Assembly (NCBI GenBank): GCA_010015585.1
Contig: ML975159.1
Length of the DNA: 64,000 nucleotides
Reading direction: 5' to 3' (one strand)
Origin: Eremomyces bilateralis CBS 781.70
Taxonomy: Eukaryota
This document shows positions 1 to 11,884 of the stretch, piece by piece. The notes under the pieces are model-generated. The model was given only the letters and a program-made list of their open reading frames with translations, did no database searches and was not told the origin of the DNA. The position numbers and the translations under genes are program-made. Position 1 is the first letter of the stretch. Each line of letters opens with the position of its first letter.

Positions 1-814
1 GAAGAAAGTGTGAGATGGAGAAGGATGGACGGATACGGAATTGTTATATGAAGTCGGTGATTTGAAGGAGCTCGGAGTGGCATTCGCTGATCGCTGGGGG
101 CGGCTGGACTTTTGGGGGGAAGGGGGGGTACATTGCCAGAAAGACCCTGCAGTTGCCGGGGGGCGATGAGCGCTAACGGGCCTAAGCTCCCAGCTGGAAT
201 TGCGGAGGGCCAACAGCGCCCAACATGTCCCTGAAACGATGATCCTCCGCGGTTAATCGCATGCAGCTATCATCGGGGCTCTGGCGAAGGATCGTGAGGA
301 TCGACAGGTTTGCACTTGGCAACGATTGATGTGCTTGGATGGTTTATTCTTCTCCGTTCTCTGCCCTGATTGCTTCTATAACTGAGGTATTTCTGGATCA
401 AACACCAGGGCAACGGGTGTGACGCTCGTTTTACCCCCACGTTACCCGGGAGTTTCATGTATTTTTAGCGCGTCCACAGCAACCAAACTCTCTCATTCCT
501 CTCGCGGTCTGTCGCGGTCTCGTCCATATGGCATGAAGTACCATCTCATCATCATATCGGTCAAGGACGTTATTCAAGCAACCGGTCTTGTTTACAGCTC
601 CTCTGCATTCCCTCGCGTACTTGAACTGAAGACCCCCAAGTGCTGGTGCTGGGCGATCGCCTGATAACCGCAGGCTATGTACGACGATGGGTCTCATGAT
701 AGAGATGAGAGTGATCTCAAACACCCACGCCGAGCAACCACCGCGATCAGTCCACATAACAGCTGTCACATCCTCCGTCTAGAACCCTCTTGAAAGTGAC
801 TCCCTCTCTCTCCG

Positions 815-2390
815 CTACCTCGCCCACGGAGTCTTCGTTTGCACAAACTCTGTCGGCGGATTCTTCTCCTCGCGAGTACCCGACGATTCCGGCTTGGCCC
901 ACGGAGCAGCCGTCGGCGGCGGCAGGCGAGTATTTGCCCTTCCAGTCGCCTCGGAAGCAAGCGCAACAGGCGTCCTTGACGGAGGGGTTGGGCGTCCTTG
1001 GCGGAGGCCAATAACTCCCTGCGCAGAGCCGGCCGCCCACGGCGCTTTAGTCGCCTGCGAAGCTTGCTGGGCCGCTGGGATGGATGTTGAGGGTCCACCT
1101 CCCGCGGCTGGGTCGGTCGTTTTCGCGATCCCTTGGTGCGCTTGGATGTGGCTGGATGGAGCGGATGCAGCGGCGTGAGGGTCGCGCTCCCAGCGGAACA
1201 GCGATCCAAAGCGGAAATGTTGGACTACGGGGAACTTGGAGAGGACTTCGGCGTTGTACATTTTGATCATCCCCTTTATATTCATTAGCCACCAAGTACG
1301 GTATGACTAAAGTAGGGGATGCGAGCATACCTTGTTGATTTTCGCCCACCCTGCCGTGACGCCCGACACGTCGTACAGGATCGGGCTATGCTCCCAGAAG
1401 GGCCCTCTCTTGACGTCGTAGATGAATCCGATGGCGCTGAAGTACATGTTCTGCTTCCTTTCCCGCTCTACTGCCGGCTTTTTGGCGACATCTGATGCGC
1501 TGGGAGCGTCCGGGACAGAGCCTTCAGTGGGGATATCTTCATCGGGGGAGATAGGGGGTGACAGTTGCGCTGACCCAAAGATGTAGGGGACGAAGGAATG
1601 ATCATCGAGACCCCATACTCCATGTGATCCAGCTGGCTCTAGCGTATATGTGAGGATGAGTTTGCGGATTAACCGCAGATAGCTGTTATTGTCAGTGTCT
1701 TGCAGATTCACCAACCCATAGTTACGCGAGGAGACAAGCGTACGGTTCTATAACACCGAGTACAATTCCACGCTCTTCATTGCCACTGTGGGACAGATCA
1801 AACCCCCCGAGCTTCCAGATGCAGCCCAGGAACGCCAGAAAGCTGAGCTCGTGACCTGTTCCGTAGTCCAATCGCTGTGCACTGCCAAAGCTTCCAAGCA
1901 GGTAGGATTCCAGCTCGGTCCTCGATGATACGGTGCTATCCACCGTATCTGATGGTAGATCTGGACTTGAAGGGAACTCCAGCACATGACTGGGCAAACA
2001 TCGATCCATGAGTTGCGGTAACCGCTCCTCCACGATCTGATACCATTTTCTGAAACTAACGTTTCCAAACCGTCTCGGCCCAGTATCCGGCGGAACCTCG
2101 TCGATAATCTTTACCAGCTCTTGAATCAAATCCCGTATTCCGAGGACCGGTTTTGAGAACGAGACGTGCTCAGCGTCGAGAGCCCATGCGTGATATTTTG
2201 ATGGTTGATCCTTGTCTTTTCGTGGAAACATGGACGCATTGAGCTGGAGCAAAAACGTCATGATATCCCGGTATGCAAGCGACTGGAGAAACACGGAGAC
2301 ATCCTCGCCTTCGTTGATCTGTTTTGAAGGCGTAACGAAGCTGTGCGGTTCCCCTGATGGGAGCACTGTCAGGCTCCGCCTCGAGTCCAT
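815..2390 (-). CDS. RRD1: Serine/threonine-protein phosphatase 2A activator (PTPA), Rrd1-like; 3 exons (2390-1744, 1682-1331, 1273-815)
   Basis: PTPA motifs [57 protein letters not shown] and [25 protein letters not shown]. Two GT..AG introns join the three ORF pieces in frame. Confidence 0.93.
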
Positions 2391-2598
2391 GATGGCACCA
2401 GTCTGGGTAAGCGGTTAAGCTAGACCGGCCACTTGATAGGAACTTTATCAATAGCGCAGCGGTTGAACAATGGATGAGGAATCGTCGCTCTGGTTCAATC
2501 GTCGTTCATTAGAGATTATAGTAACGCTTCAGATGATGACTTTGATTGACAGTTGGATCCAGTCTGGTCTGGATGTCTGATGGTGGATTGGGCAATGA

Positions 2599-2609
2599 TG
2601 CCTCAGGCA
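2599..2609. promoter_or_regulatory. Palindromic TGCCTCAGGCA motif in the divergent promoter between RRD1 and the next gene
   Basis: Interrupted palindrome seen directly. Related (T/C)NAGGCA/TGCCT sites recur in other divergent promoters of this window. Function is inferred. Confidence 0.35.
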
Positions 2610-2914
2610 ATAAGGCTTTAACTATTCTGTTCGCCAGCCAACGGCTTTGTATGCGATTTATATGGATTTAGTTTTGACGCCTCCTTTGGAATCCTTGCAG
2701 GACCATCCCACGGCATCGATCGTCATCACTACCGGTACGGTTGATCCACCTCATCCCCGGAACTGGAGACCTTCGATATCAAATCCAAGAATACCCAGAA
2801 TACCTAACCACTACCAAACTCGCCATATTTTTCTAATAGACCTCGACCGACTCCTCACGCCGCCGAATATCCCTCGCTAGCACCCTCTTTCCGAACCGCA
2901 TCCGCAGGCCAATA

Positions 2915-5527
2915 ATGCGCCGACAACGTCCACTCCCGCCGCGCAGGTGACCGGCGTTGCAGAACCACTCCGGCTGGCTATATCATTGACTGCGTTCTAG
3001 AGCGGTGAAATATCTACTATACGAACGGAATGCGCTCGACGATCTAACCCTCGACTCCGATCCCGATTTTGCGCTATCGACCTATATCGCTCCCACCATG
3101 GCGGACCCCTCTTCCCAACTGCTGAGCGAAGTAAGAAACGTACGGGACGATCAGACACCACCGCCGAATCCTGTTGAGGCGCATGTCGCTTCTCCTGGGT
3201 CCACGAAATCCGTCCGGTTCGCGGCCGATACGAAGTCGCCCGAGTCTGTGATCGAGTCCGCGACCGAGTCCGCCAACCTCTTGAACGCTGCGCGGTACAA
3301 GCGCGGTAAACTAAAACGTCCGACCCGACAGCTGCTCCAGCATCAGAATTCATTGCAGAGCGGTAATGGTAATCAATATGATATCACCACTACACCCGAA
3401 CCGTCTCCACGAATTCAACCGTCGCGTACTCGACAACAGAAGTCACAGAGCAGGAACAAGCATATTCTTGCGCCGGAAAGTGACGAGAATGTGACCTCTC
3501 CAGAACCATTATCCGAAGAACCAGCTGAATCAACGAATTCTACGAAACGAAGAGCCCATCAGTTGGATGAACTGGAGTTTGGCGGCCCGCTCAACGACAG
3601 GCCATCGAAGAGGCAGAGAAATGAACCCTCACAATCAGTGTCTAGCTCTGCGAGTGGACAATCTGGCGGCGAGCTGCCACCGGTGGAAGGCGATAGACGA
3701 TCAAAACGCCAGAGAGACGAATCCCCACAATCAGTGCCTCGATCTACGACTAGACAATCAGGCGGATGGGCTCGGTCTGTGGGTGAGCTCATCGGAGTTG
3801 TAGTGCCCGCACTAGGAAAACGGAGAGAATCCTACGTGCTTGGCGAGCAAGATCAAATGAACGGGCACGTGTCTAGCTCTACCAGGTCTAATCAGCCGAA
3901 GAGTTCACCAAGAGGAGCGGCTCAAATGAATGGAGTGACACGGAAGCGAACGCGACTAGTATTCGAATCAGAAGACGAAGGCCAAGCACAAGATCCTTCG
4001 CTCTTCGTACAAGATGATGAGAGCGGAGATGAAGATGGAGATGACACCAGTAGCGAGGAAGATGAAGGCTCCCTGCTATCCAAGAATCCCATCTACGGAC
4101 AACGGCCGGAAATTGACCGTGCACTAAAAGACTTTAAAGGCTTTAAGTGCGATACGAGTGTTTGGAGACCGTCCAAGATTGACAATGTCGAATCAATACG
4201 ATCTTGCGTGAAGCGGATCCGCCGCTCGAACTTTCTGGAAGGGGACGAATATTCCGCCATCTACGCCGTGGTTGAGACAACTGGCGAACTTAAGAATTTC
4301 ATGAAACCAATACTGCGTATGGCCGAGGGATCTATTAGCCTTCGTGCCGAAATTTTCACCGTCGTCATCCCGGCCCTTCTACAAATGCTCGAACACTTCG
4401 TCCGTCACCTTGATCAACCCTTTCAGGACGATCACGACGAGTTTCATCAAGGATCGGACTTCGGATTCACGCCCGAGATCTTGGGCGCGTTGGATCAGTT
4501 ACTAGGGTTGATCGTCTCGACATATGATGAGGCTTTGCGAATCCTGCCTCGACCCGAGTTCGGATACCGAGGGCCCCTCCGTAACCAGGTGGTTGCCAAA
4601 TTACGACGCGTTCATACATTTCTTCACAAGATGATTCGAAACCAGCATCCGGAACGGCTGGTTGTTGCGAATGGTCATGAGCTCGTCCGTTCCAGAGCCC
4701 GAGGTCCAGGGAGTAACTCCAGCCTTGTTATCGAAGAAGAAGATGATGACGATGAAGAGGAGGAGAGGGGGGAGGCGCAAGCTGAGCAAACGAGGCAACA
4801 ACTTGAAATTGAGCGGGAGAAGCGTGAACTGTGCCGCAAGGAGGTTCGTCTCTATGAACTTTTCGTGGAGCGAAACAAGCACGAACCGGAGCCTCCCCGG
4901 AAACGCGGGAAACAGGAGGAAGACGACAAGCTGTGCCGTGACATCAGCTGGGAAAAAATGATCCTTGGCACGACTGCTGTCAAACCCCGAGAGTCCTCGA
5001 TGGGTACGGATGCCAATGGTGAACGATTCGAGAGGGTGTCGGTATTCGAGCACCCGACAAATACGTACCAGAGGACACTCGAATGGACATTGGGGCAGAA
5101 ACTGGCTTTGATCACCGAACTTCAGAGGTGTGTCCACTTGTATCAAACCAACGGTATGTTCCCGGCTTCCAATGCAATACTACTAGATATTCGTTTAATT
5201 CGCTCCCTAGCCGAAACCGAAAGTGAAAAGGACGAGTTCCGGGCACAACTCTGGCCTCATCTATTTCAACAATTATGCCATGCAAGACCGAAATCTGCGA
5301 GAAATGGGCCGCCCACTGGAGAGGACGGTGCGCTACGTGATTTGAAAGCAGATGAGATACTTGCAGGCGGACGGTTTGTTCAGCGGGGTTGGCTGCAGGT
5401 TCGGAGAGACGACCCCGAGGGTTATCGAGCCATTTTCGGAAAGGTTGATCTAGAGGATGATCTGATCGAGACATTGCCGGATATGGACTTGCTGGCTGAT
5501 AACTGGGAGGAGAAGATGCTTGATTAA
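2915..5527 (+). CDS. Hypothetical nuclear-type protein of about 830 aa: disordered basic/acidic N-terminus, helical middle, possible degenerate Myb/SANT-like C-terminus
   Basis: ATG 2915 plus intron 2947-3000 (GTGACC..TTCTAG) joins in frame to the 840-codon ORF. A probable in-frame 57-nt intron lies at 5154-5210 (GTATGT..CCCTAG). Confidence 0.8.
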
Positions 5528-5731
5528 GTGATTCGTGATCACCGTTACACTGCTTCACGGACCCTGAAATCAGGGCAATCGTGCTACCTCGGAATTGATT
5601 CCACGAGACATCCGTACATGATATAATGACTACTACCTACACGAACAAATTCCAAATAGCCACGACCGACAATATGAGTATGTACCGAATGATGTTCCAT
5701 GAATCTTTTTAGTGCATGCGGAGTAGAGGTA

Positions 5732-7141
5732 CTGTGTGGGGTCAGAGTAATGAGTAATGAAGTAATCCGGTCAAATCGTGCACAGGCCCCAACAACCACG
5801 AGACGCGTCAAACCGACTCTAGATCTTAGATGATCAATATCTTCATCAATTTTAATGATGGAACGCTCAATTTTGGGTGAAATTAGCGGGAATCGGCGTA
5901 AGGATGCAAATCTTACGCCAGAACAGCGATCTGCAATCATTGGAATGGTCGACGCGGGCCTAATGTCTAAACGAGCGATTGCGCGCGAGGTCGGATGCTC
6001 GCCCTCAACCATCGACTACACAATTGAGAAGTTCGGTACGCAACGAACGTTCAAGTCTCTCCCAAAAGGACACCGACCAAGATGATCACGGAACCTGACT
6101 TCCGTTATCTTCAACAACAAATAAAAAAACCCGAAGGTCACGCACAACGAGCTGGCGCGGTCCCTCACATGCGACCAAGGCACCCCGTCCAAGTCGACCG
6201 TCAAACGCGCGCTCCGGGGGTCCAAATACTACCGCAAATGGCGTATGCGTAAGAAGATCCAATTAACGGAAGAGGGAGCCCGTAAATGGCTCGAATTCGC
6301 AAGGTACTGGCTTCCTAAAATCGAGCAATTGATGGTTAGTCTAACTGTGCTATAGCCCCGCGTTGCCCCGCTAATCGCTCATCGTATAGGACGTCGAGTT
6401 TTCCGATGAATCAAGCGTCCAGAATCGGCCGCACCGCCTATGTTGGGTCTTTTGCCTTCCGGAGGACCATTTCAAGAAAGACACAGTCCATAACGGCGAA
6501 CATGTGAAGGCTGAGATATCGATAATGGTCTGAGGTTGTATATCGAGGCGTGGTAAGAGCGAGTTGATCATTATGGAGCGAGATGAGGAGGCTGTAAAAG
6601 GCGGATTTACGTCAAAGTCGTATATACAGGCTCTCGAAGAGGGACTCCTACCGTTCCATACGCTAGAGAAGCTATTCATGCAAGATAACGCGCGAATTCA
6701 TACCTCAAAGTTGTCGACTAGGTGGTTCCAAGACCATCAGATTGCTTGCATCGATTGGCCACCTTATAGCCCAGACCTGAATCCAATTGAGCACATTTGG
6801 AAGCAGATGAAAGGTTATTTACACCAAAAATACCCAGATTTTGGTAGTCTAAAGAATAACCAGGTTGATAGGATCAAGATGATGCGCGCAATAATAGAGG
6901 CCTGGAATTCCATCGGCCAAGACAAGGTAAACGCGCTAATTGAGAGTTTACCGCGTCGTCTGCAGGCTGTACCTGAGGCAAAGGGCTGGTATACTAAATA
7001 TTAGCCTGTTCTTTCCATCTATGATGTTTTTAGAGCGGTTAGCCTTTGTGATAGTAATGTATCGATTGATTTATATTGGTGATGCATTTTGTGGTGGAGT
7101 GAAAAACAGGGGTTTGACCGGATTACTCGGACCCCTCACAG
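5732..7141 (+). mobile_element. Tc1/mariner-superfamily (Tc1/impala-like, DD34E) DNA transposon, full length (~1.41 kb), defective
   Basis: TA target-site duplications at 5730-31 and 7142-43. Left TIR CTGTGTGGGGTCAGAGTAAT..CCGGTCAAA, right TIR TTTGACCGGATTACTCGGACCCCTCACAG. Transposase remnants lie inside. Confidence 0.93.
5855..7004 (+). pseudogene. Tc1-family DD34E transposase pseudogene with one intron (6335-6389)
   Basis: N-terminal HTH (KRAIAREVGCSPSTI), then FSDES, QDNAR and WPPYSPDLNPIEHIW, with 34 residues between the second D and E. Frameshifts near 6080 and 6125, and an in-frame TGA at 6531-6533. Confidence 0.9.
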
Positions 7142-7315
7142 TAGCTCGCGGTGCGCAGAGTACCCGAGGAGTCCATTGTGGAGCCCCACGAAGCTTATCA
7201 ATTGATCGTGGGGAAATATATCACCACATCTGTGGAGTAATAAAGCCGCGCACGAAGCACAACATCTTCCTGTTTGTAAATCATATACAAGTAATACAGT
7301 AAATTCGATTCCAAT

Positions 7316-9256
7316 ATGGATTGGAGAGCGCTCGCAAAGCAAAAGCGCGAATCAACCATCGCCCAGATTCCTAAAGAATGGGTGCTCCCCACCATTCCCC
7401 CCCCCGCAGAACAACGGGATATATCTGGCGTGTGGATGCACCAATATCTGACACCGGAAGAAATCGAAATCACCTCGAGCGATGCCGAGAAGGTCGTGGA
7501 ATTGGCGTCTGCGGGACGGTGGAAGGCGGTCGATATCGCAAGCGCGTTCTGTCATCGAGCCGCGATTGCGCATCAAGTGGTGAGGCGAGATTTTCTGCTC
7601 TCCTGCATATTGTAGACGTTTAGGATTACTGATTACACGTCAAGCTTAACTGCCTCCATGAGTTCTTCCCCCAGCAAGCCCTCGAGGCGGCTCGCGCCCT
7701 CGATGAGCATCTTACCTCGACCGGGAAACCAAAGGGAGTCTTACATGGTCTACCAGTCAGTCTCAAGGACCAATTCCACGTTAAAGGGGTTGAGACGACG
7801 ATGGGATATCTCGGCTGGATCGGGACGTTCGAAGGGAAGAAAGGCACGGGAAAAGAGCGCGTGCACGAAAGCCTCATGGTGAAAGATCTGAAGGATCTAG
7901 GCGCGGTCTTGTACTGCAAGACTGCGGTTCCTTCTACTCTTATGTCTGGCGAGACCGTCAATAACATTATCGATTACTGCTGGAACTCGGCGAACCGAAA
8001 CCTGAGTTCTGGCGGTAGCTCAGGGGGTGAAGGCGCGCTCATCGGCGCGGGTGGGAGCGTCGTTGGGTTCGGCACTGATATCGGCGGCAGTATCCGAATC
8101 CCGGCGGCGTTCAATGGCCTATATGGGTTGCGGCCGAGCTCGGGGAGACTTCCCTATGAAGGGATGGCGAACAGCATGGATGGGCAGAACAGCATCCTGA
8201 GCGTGGTTGGCCCGCTGTCTTCAACCCCTGGAGGCTTGAAATTGGTGACAAAGGCGTTGTTGGGGATGCAGCCGTGGAGTTACGATCCCATGGTTGTGGA
8301 ACTGCCGTGGAGAGAGGAAGTGGGAGAGCAAGTGTCTCGACGCGCCACAGAGGATGGGGGTCTCACCTTCGCGATTTTTTGGGACGATGGAGAAATCAGA
8401 CCTTACCCATCAGTGCGTAGGGCTCTTGAGAAGGTGAAAGCGGAGATTGAAAAGAAGGGCCATCAAGTAAGTCGGAGATGTTCTTACCTTTTCTACCGCC
8501 ATGGTTTTGGCATTGTATTTTAGTGCCTTTCAACTGACGGGATATGGTAGGTCATTGAATGGAGTCCACCCAAATCTATCGGGGCGATAAGTGACATAGC
8601 GGTAAGCCCAAATCCATCGACAACCCCTCTTCACAGCTAATCAGATGCCAGATGGGAGTATTCATGTCAGATGGCGGAGTGGATGCCTACAATGCTTTCG
8701 CACTGGCCCACGAGGAACCGGCCCCCCAACTTGCCCCAATCGTCCCAACCACCCCCCGAACGCAGGCGACCGCCTCCGAGGTTGCAGCTATGAACGTCAC
8801 AATTCGGGAGTTGCGCAAGGAGCTCATGGATTACTGGAACAGCACCGTGTCGCTCACGAAGAACGGACGGCCCATCGACGCCATCATCAGTCCCGTGTCT
8901 CCGTATCCTGCGGCGCGGAGAGAGATGTACACGCATTACGCGTACACGTCGTGGGTCAACGCCCTGGATTGGACCACCGTCGTCATCCCGGTGCTGAGAA
9001 CAGATAAGGCGGTGGATGTGGTCGATCCTTCATTCACTCCGCGCAGCGAGGCGGAGAAGTTGGAATTCGAAAATTGTAAGTGACCACTCCGCTCCCGTAT
9101 AGCTCCCATGGCTAACGCAGCCCTTCCCTAGACGACCTGGATATGTATGACGGGGCGAAGGTTGGGGTTCAGTTGGTTGGACGCCGTCTGCAGGAGGAGA
9201 AGATGATCGAAATCGCAGCGCAGGTGTCGCGTTGGGTGAAGTCGGCCTCGGAATGA
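7316..9256 (+). CDS. Amidase-signature family enzyme (acetamidase/general amidase-like); 5 exons
   Basis: Motifs LHGLPVSLKDQF, SSGGSSGGEGALI, GFGTDIGGSIRIPAAFNGLYG and C-terminal VGVQLVGRRLQEEK. Introns at about 7580-7644, 8467-8550, 8602-8651 and 9077-9131 restore one frame. Confidence 0.92.
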
Positions 9257-10171
9257 AACTGTAGATCGCTCATGTCCTCGCTCCATCCAATATCAAAGTC
9301 AGCCCGTCATTCAATCGGGAAATACCAGGACGACTGGGCTGCCACGTAGATGCTGGAGTTTGAAGCAGCTGCGTGATCGAAGCGAAGGAGATGCATCGTT
9401 GTCAAAGCTCCTTGCAGCCGCTAGCTGCTTTGGGGTTCGGCGGTATCTTCAGCTGCTTCCACTCGACGACGACAGGGAACCTGTTCTCAGTTTCTGACAT
9501 CTCATGGCCACCTCCGCTTGAGGCTTGAATTCGATATTTTACCTCCAATGCAAACTTGTATAAGCGGCAGATCTTGCTTGTCTTATCATCACCGACCATG
9601 CAGTCACAGACCATTCAAGCGGTCTAGACACTGGACATTCAAGAGCAAGCAAGAAATCGGACGACGCAGCGATTGCCGGAGCCCTACACGTTCTTTCGAC
9701 TTGCATACCTTCTTCAGCCCCGTTAATGATGTAGACCTGCAGGTTCACTGCTATGCGCCATCGATGTTTATCGCAATGCGTATGAGGCTGACTTCGATCG
9801 GTCTGGATTCGTCAGAGCCAGCCCATTCAGGCCTTGGCTCTGAAACTTGCTCTGCTGCATTCGGTTGTATGGCATGCTTGCGTGCCAGGACGACTACAAG
9901 TGCCGGGAGTCGAATTCTATAGGACAATCCAAATCAACCCCGATATCTTTATTGGCTGTGGCTACCAAAAGACGCATCATGCGATATGGTGATAGCGATT
10001 TCTGATCTGCATGAAGGAGATCTTGAATGAGGACAGGTAGGTCGATGCAGCTCTCGACATTATCAGCTTGCGATTTCATAAATTCCCTCAATGTATCCGA
10101 CATTATGGCTGGTCCTTCTGTTTTCCTGAGTCTTTCCCCCAACTCGAATCAAGTCCTCTGTTGTCTTTCGC

Positions 10172-11884
10172 ATGATGCGAGCATTTTTGTGCCCTTGGGC
10201 GCTTGCCCTCCTATTTGCAGCCGTGAATGGCGAGCAACTTCAAGAGCGCGGAAACGATGAGCACGGTCGAGGAGTTGGATCGCAAGGCTGGGGCCATCAT
10301 GGACCGTACTTTCAAACCAAATCTTGGGACGAACCACATAAGGTGGTGACTCTTGAAACGACCACGATTGTAACGACGGACTGTACGACTGAGACATCAA
10401 GCAGTGGCTTTAATCCCTCAAGTACCATTCCCCATCCCCCTCCGCCGCCGTCCCCGACGTCTTCTGTGGCCACTTCGACATATACACCAGCCCCCCCTGG
10501 AAGCCCTTCGCAACCGTCTCCGCCTTGCACGACGATCGTATCATCCTGTGCTTATATTATCAAGACTTCAACTATATACAGCACCTTGCTTAAGCCCCCG
10601 CCTACTTCGGCATGTCCACCACCTAGAACCAGTACCACGACCGTTCAAAATCCATGCTCTTCAATGTCGGGCGTCTGTTCCACCATCACTCATAAACCTC
10701 CCCCATTGGTGTCTACTACTACCCTTACAACGGGGTCGCCACTATGCGGCGGTGGAACATCATATTTTACCTCCGTGTTTTACGGCAATATCACGCAAAA
10801 CGTCGTCTCGACGGTTACGGAGACTAGCATATCTACTTCGATCTCGACAGCATTGCAGCGGTCAACCGTCACTACAACGGCTCCTGGCGAGACAGTAACT
10901 TCTACGACTACAACAGCTGTATATCCAAGTTCTTGTCCAGCGGACCTCACAGTAACCACGTCGGTTACTATCCCAACGACGACAACAGCGACGGTCACCC
11001 TCCCTCCAAGCACTTCTACACTAACGCAAACAATGACCTCCGTTTCGGTGTCCATAAGCATCTTTCCGGTACCTTACACCGTATATGTCGAAGTATTCCC
11101 AAAGACGAGGACCCTCACGTCTACCATATTTAGTGGTTCTTCCTGTGCTAGCGGGCGGCCTTCTACAACACTAACATCTACCATTTTCTCAACAACGACG
11201 AGCACCAGTGTTGTTCCAGGCCCGCCAGTGTTCTTCGTTGTTACCGTCACAGAGCTCCGACTATCCACATCCGTCTTGACTACGACCATAGGAACGGGAT
11301 CCCCTGTCCGGATAACGGAGACTGTTTCGACTACAATCCGTCCTTCGACATGCCCCCCTGAAACTGTCTCCACAACCACTACCCTGAGCACAATCACCTC
11401 CACCATACAGGCATCCAGTTGCGTTCCAAGTTCAGGAGATGGCTCAATCCCCGTAAGCTGTTCCGGCTCAACTTCAACAATTTATCCAAGCAGCTGCCCT
11501 TCCAACCCCATCGATCCATCGGGTGCTTCGACGATTACCAAAACCGTCTTCCCAAGCGCATGCGGGCCAAGTGGCTGCATTACATCGACAATCACCAGCA
11601 CCCTTACCGTCACCCCCAGTGTCTCTGTAGTCCCGCAAGACAGCGGCGAGCCGATCCTGTGCAGGCCTGTGGAGCCATCCGATAGAACTGCTTTGCTCGT
11701 TCTGACGATCTTGTTTGGTGTGCTCTTGCTTCTGGCATTGCTAGCCTTAGCGGCAGCTCTTTGGAGCCGAAGGATACAGAAGAAGAAGCGAAGGGTGTGT
11801 GAGGCTTGCGGTCAGACGGACGATAGATGTACTTGTCAGAGGATTCCGCAGATGGGGGCGGCACCAATGGGGGAAACAGGGTGA
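10172..11884 (+). CDS. Ser/Thr/Pro-rich mucin-like type I membrane (cell-surface) protein
   Basis: 570-aa intronless ORF with a signal peptide (ALALLFAAVNG), a long S/T-rich ectodomain with scattered Cys, one TM helix (ALLVLTILFGVLLLLALLALAAALW), a basic stop-transfer segment and a short Cys-rich tail. Confidence 0.8.
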   Translation: MMRAFLCPWALALLFAAVNGEQLQERGNDEHGRGVGSQGWGHHGPYFQTKSWDEPHKVVTLETTTIVTTDCTTETSSSGFNPSSTIPHPPPPPSPTSSVATSTYTPAPPGSPSQPSPPCTTIVSSCAYIIKTSTIYSTLLKPPPTSACPPPRTSTTTVQNPCSSMSGVCSTITHKPPPLVSTTTLTTGSPLCGGGTSYFTSVFYGNITQNVVSTVTETSISTSISTALQRSTVTTTAPGETVTSTTTTAVYPSSCPADLTVTTSVTIPTTTTATVTLPPSTSTLTQTMTSVSVSISIFPVPYTVYVEVFPKTRTLTSTIFSGSSCASGRPSTTLTSTIFSTTTSTSVVPGPPVFFVVTVTELRLSTSVLTTTIGTGSPVRITETVSTTIRPSTCPPETVSTTTTLSTITSTIQASSCVPSSGDGSIPVSCSGSTSTIYPSSCPSNPIDPSGASTITKTVFPSACGPSGCITSTITSTLTVTPSVSVVPQDSGEPILCRPVEPSDRTALLVLTILFGVLLLLALLALAAALWSRRIQKKKRRVCEACGQTDDRCTCQRIPQMGAAPMGETG

